Part shown: piece after piece, positions 60,931 to 64,000 of the stretch | Layout of the letters: every line of letters begins with the position of its first letter | How positions within the stretch are numbered: the stretch's first letter is position 1 | NCBI GenBank assembly: GCA_048772705.1 | Contig: JBLWGC010000109.1 | Span: 124,001 to 188,000, forward strand | DNA: 64,000 bases | Origin: Leidyana gryllorum EB-2025a | Taxonomy: Eukaryota > Protista > Apicomplexa | Direction of reading: 5' to 3' | The notes under the pieces: generated by a model | Seen by the model: only the letters and a program-made list of their open reading frames with translations | What the model was told of the DNA's origin: nothing | Databases searched by the model: none | Made by a program: the position numbers and the translations under genes

Positions 60931-63803
60931 CTACTCAAGTTTTGCTAAAGCTTTCCTGAACCTTTTCGCTAATGCTACCGCCTCGTTCGATTCTACGCGT
61001 TGTCTTTTTGCTATTCGCACTGCCGTCAGCAGCTCGCCCTCTGAGGGAACTACTTTTGCCACCTGCCCCCGCAGGTACAGCAGGCACAACAAATACAACA
61101 CCTCATCCTCTCTCCCAACTGCCAAGTCTGTCCCCTCTGCTAAACGCTGCAGTCTCTTCAAACCCACTTTCGTCAACACGTGGTCTCTCTGAAGAGGGGA
61201 GAAAACAAAAATACTCAGCCAATAAAGACACCACGACTTACCGTATCGGCATCCATACTCCAATCCAGATCTCTGATCTTCCGGCTTTTCAGCACTCTCT
61301 TCCGCAAAGTCAGAAACTCCTTCACCAACGGCGTCACCGCGTCATCCGACAGCTCCTGCAGCGCTGACCCGAGCCACACAACGAACCGCCGACCGAAATT
61401 CACCACAAATGGACTGACCCAATCCTCGTTGCCGCCCGTCGGATCCCGTAGCTGTCCCAAATATATGGCACTCCAACGTCCAGTCACAGTGTCTCGGTGC
61501 AGATCGACCCAAACCGGCATCATCCCGCCCTTCTTCATCAACTTGATGTTGGCATTCGTCAAGTCCCCCGTCCCAGCGACCCAATCCAAGTTGAACGCCG
61601 GAAACGTTTGATTGGTGTCCTCCAACAGGGGGGGTATCTCTGTCGGAGCTTTCACCACCTCTGTCAATATAGACTTGTCCTCGACTTCATTTCCATTTCC
61701 ATTTCCGCTGCCCGCCTCCTCTTCGTCAGCTGTTGTGGCTCTCTCTGCTTCTTCTTCCTCCTCCTCAGTAGCCGCTGGGGCAGTCTCCGCTTTCTCTTCG
61801 GCTGGTAACTCCTTGCGGAGGTGTTCCAAGAGATCCTGCAGAGCTTTGGTGGCGAAGCCTCTCCGCAAGAGATCTTTGTGGGTCGCCAGTTTGAGGATCC
61901 GGGCGCCGGTGAGCTTTGTGAAATCGCTCTCACAAAAGTAGTTCGCCACAGTGTACGGGACGAGATCGGAGTTCTTGGTGGGGCTCGGGTCGTAATTGAC
62001 GCCGCCTTCGTAGGCCACTTCGATCGCACAAATTATATCCGGAACTGTCGCGGTGGAGGAGTCCAGCTGGGGACAAAGGACGAACAGCTCCACTTGGGGC
62101 GAATCAGACAATCTCAGGAGGTCGTCTGGAGAGTTCTTGTGGTGGGTGGAGGCAAAGAGAGTGACAATCTTTTTGAGAATCAGCTCGCCGGAGGGGTGGA
62201 ATGCGAAGAGAGCGTCTCGATTCAGCCGATACAAACAGGCCGTCTCCGGTTTGTACCAAGAGGGGTCCTGAGTCAGCTTGAGACACTTCTCTCCCCACAG
62301 GTCCAGACACAACAGTCGGTTAAGCCACGCTTCAATGGGGTCCTTCTTCCCGTACCGAATGGGTGCTGTTAGTTTGACAGTGGATTGTAGATTCTGCTCC
62401 CCCAAGACTTGCTTTGTCAATGCGTAACCGGTGCCTTCGTACCCATCAACAGTGGACGCCATCAACGTGAGGTAGGGACCCAAAAGTGCTCTCAGTGTCT
62501 CAGTCGGGATAGCAGCGGCTTCGTCGACCAGGAGAATGTCGGCACTGCCAACTTTGTCAACGGCGGTGGGGAAGACGTATTGCACATTTTGAGTGTAATG
62601 GACTGACTTGTTCTTCGTAATTCGGATCTCTGTGACGATGGAACGGCTTTTTAGACTCTCAACGATATTCTCCTGAGTCTCATTTTCGGCAGTTGGGAGT
62701 GTCGAGAAGACGAGAAAGTCTTGATGCTCCTCGTAGCCCAAAGCTTTCAGACCTCTGACGGCAAAGTCGAAAACTGCTGTGACATTGTCTGGAGAGGGTG
62801 CCGTGACGAATATGTGTTTGACTTGGTGAACAACCGCCAAGGCCACCGCCAAACCCAAAGCAGCTGACTTCCCTCTCCCGCGAGCTGCTGTGACGGCTAT
62901 CCTCCCCTCATTGACTGCACCACCTTCTCTGAATTGCTCAGCGAAAGCCGCAATGCATTTTGCCTGGTCTAAAGTGCGACACAACTTGACTAGTGGGCCC
63001 ACATGGGCATTATTGTCAAAACGGGCCTTCAACTCCACCAGCTGAGGGTCTTCAGGCTCCGTCTTGGTGCAACCAGCTGACAAGAGCGCTCCGTCAGGCA
63101 ACGCTGGAATCGCCTTGAGCTGTTGCATGCTCAGCGGCAGTACATTCAACTCGTCGTCCAGCACTAAACAGTTGGAACATTGGGTCAAACTCAATATCAG
63201 ACGTTGACAAAAGCGAGGTTTGATCCTCTCGTCAAAGAGCGAAGATCGAAACTCCTGATGTGCGTCCAACGCGAGATTGTATAGTTGGCGCAACGACGCC
63301 TGTGTCCGTAATAACAGACATATTAGCCCACCACCCCGCACCGTTTCGAACGTTCGGCATATCAAATTGGGGGTCAAGGCTTCAAAGTCTTGGATGACCG
63401 CCATGTCATACGTGTTTCCCAGCAATTGTTCAGAGTCACGGAACTTGCAATACCTAACGCTTGTACCCTGTTGGAATAACCAGAATGGATCCTCGGTCTC
63501 ATTGTCATATGCCCCCATAGCCTGACGCTTCTTAATCTGCTTCAGACGCTTAGCGCGGTGCGTAGTGAACCCTGAGGAACCAAATCAGAACACAGCCGCA
63601 CAGACAGACGACTCACCCAAGTCATCCTTATAACACCATACGACTGACGGCTTGCCTGGCCTCAACCTCGCTCGGGTTGCGTGCAGATTTACAACTTGAT
63701 CCCTTCCTCTGTCACCCACGATTACCAACAAGGCTCGATGGTTCTGGACCACTGCATCCCACAGAAGAGCCCCAACTCGGTCATCAACGCGCTTCCGAAC
63801 CAT
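60931..63803 (-). CDS. NAT10: RNA cytidine acetyltransferase NAT10/Kre33 (copy A; multi-exon)
   Basis: MVRKRVDDRV, QDFEALTPN..TFETVRGGG, TAARGRGKSAALGL, VDEAAAIP, ASTVDGYEGTG, PIRY...DPIEAWL, STHHKNSPDDL; stop TAG at 60933-60931. Confidence 0.93.
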
Positions 63804-64000
63804 GACCGGCTCCAAAAAAGAAAATCCTAACTAGCTACCTATTCACTGCCCTCCTTGTAGTGCTTTTCAAGCAATTGCCTGCACCATCAACTCACTCATA
63901 TCAGACATATCCTCACTTTGTTCGAGAGCTTATTGGTGACGAGCCAACCGAACTCGCCGAACTCGATTGACGTCCTTTGCTCTTCTTTCTTTTGGACTTC

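Noticed and set aside
60888-60933. Intron fusing NAT10-A and NAT10-B into one doubled protein
   Set aside because: The obvious GT..AG (GTAGAA..AACAG) has a poor donor and joins out of frame. Two genes are preferred, pending RNA data.
1797-63803. Functional cluster of RNA-modification genes (tRNA, TRM13, G-patch, NAT10)
   Set aside because: They are spread over 60 kb among unrelated genes, as expected by chance in a dense genome.

Overview
Very gene-dense eukaryotic DNA with many short (about 40-60 bp) GT-AG introns and almost no intergenic space. Gene content and architecture suggest an alveolate, probably a gregarine-like apicomplexan; this is inference and was not verified. Recognisable genes: tRNA-Leu(TAA), a CCC-type metallothionein next to a 649-aa Cys-rich acidic protein, Hrq1/RECQL4-type helicase, ferlin, kish/TMEM167, TRM13, class-3 lipase, 5'-nucleotidase, atypical metacaspase, TVP38/DedA protein, membrane-anchored RCC1-repeat protein, a ~4,500-aa acidic repeat protein, TM RING-H2 ligase, G-patch protein, Ulp1 SUMO protease and two tandem NAT10/Kre33 paralogues. 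Most notable: (1) the two NAT10 copies have complementary motif losses and may form a split heterodimeric ac4C writer; (2) a 3.3-kb element with 13-bp inverted termini and internal ~135-bp tandem repeats sits inside an otherwise 53-bp ferlin intron; (3) the metallothionein/Cys-rich gene pair; (4) operon-like packing, including a TAATG stop/start overlap and divergent ATGs 10 bp apart. Exon joins were worked out by eye and no database searches were run.
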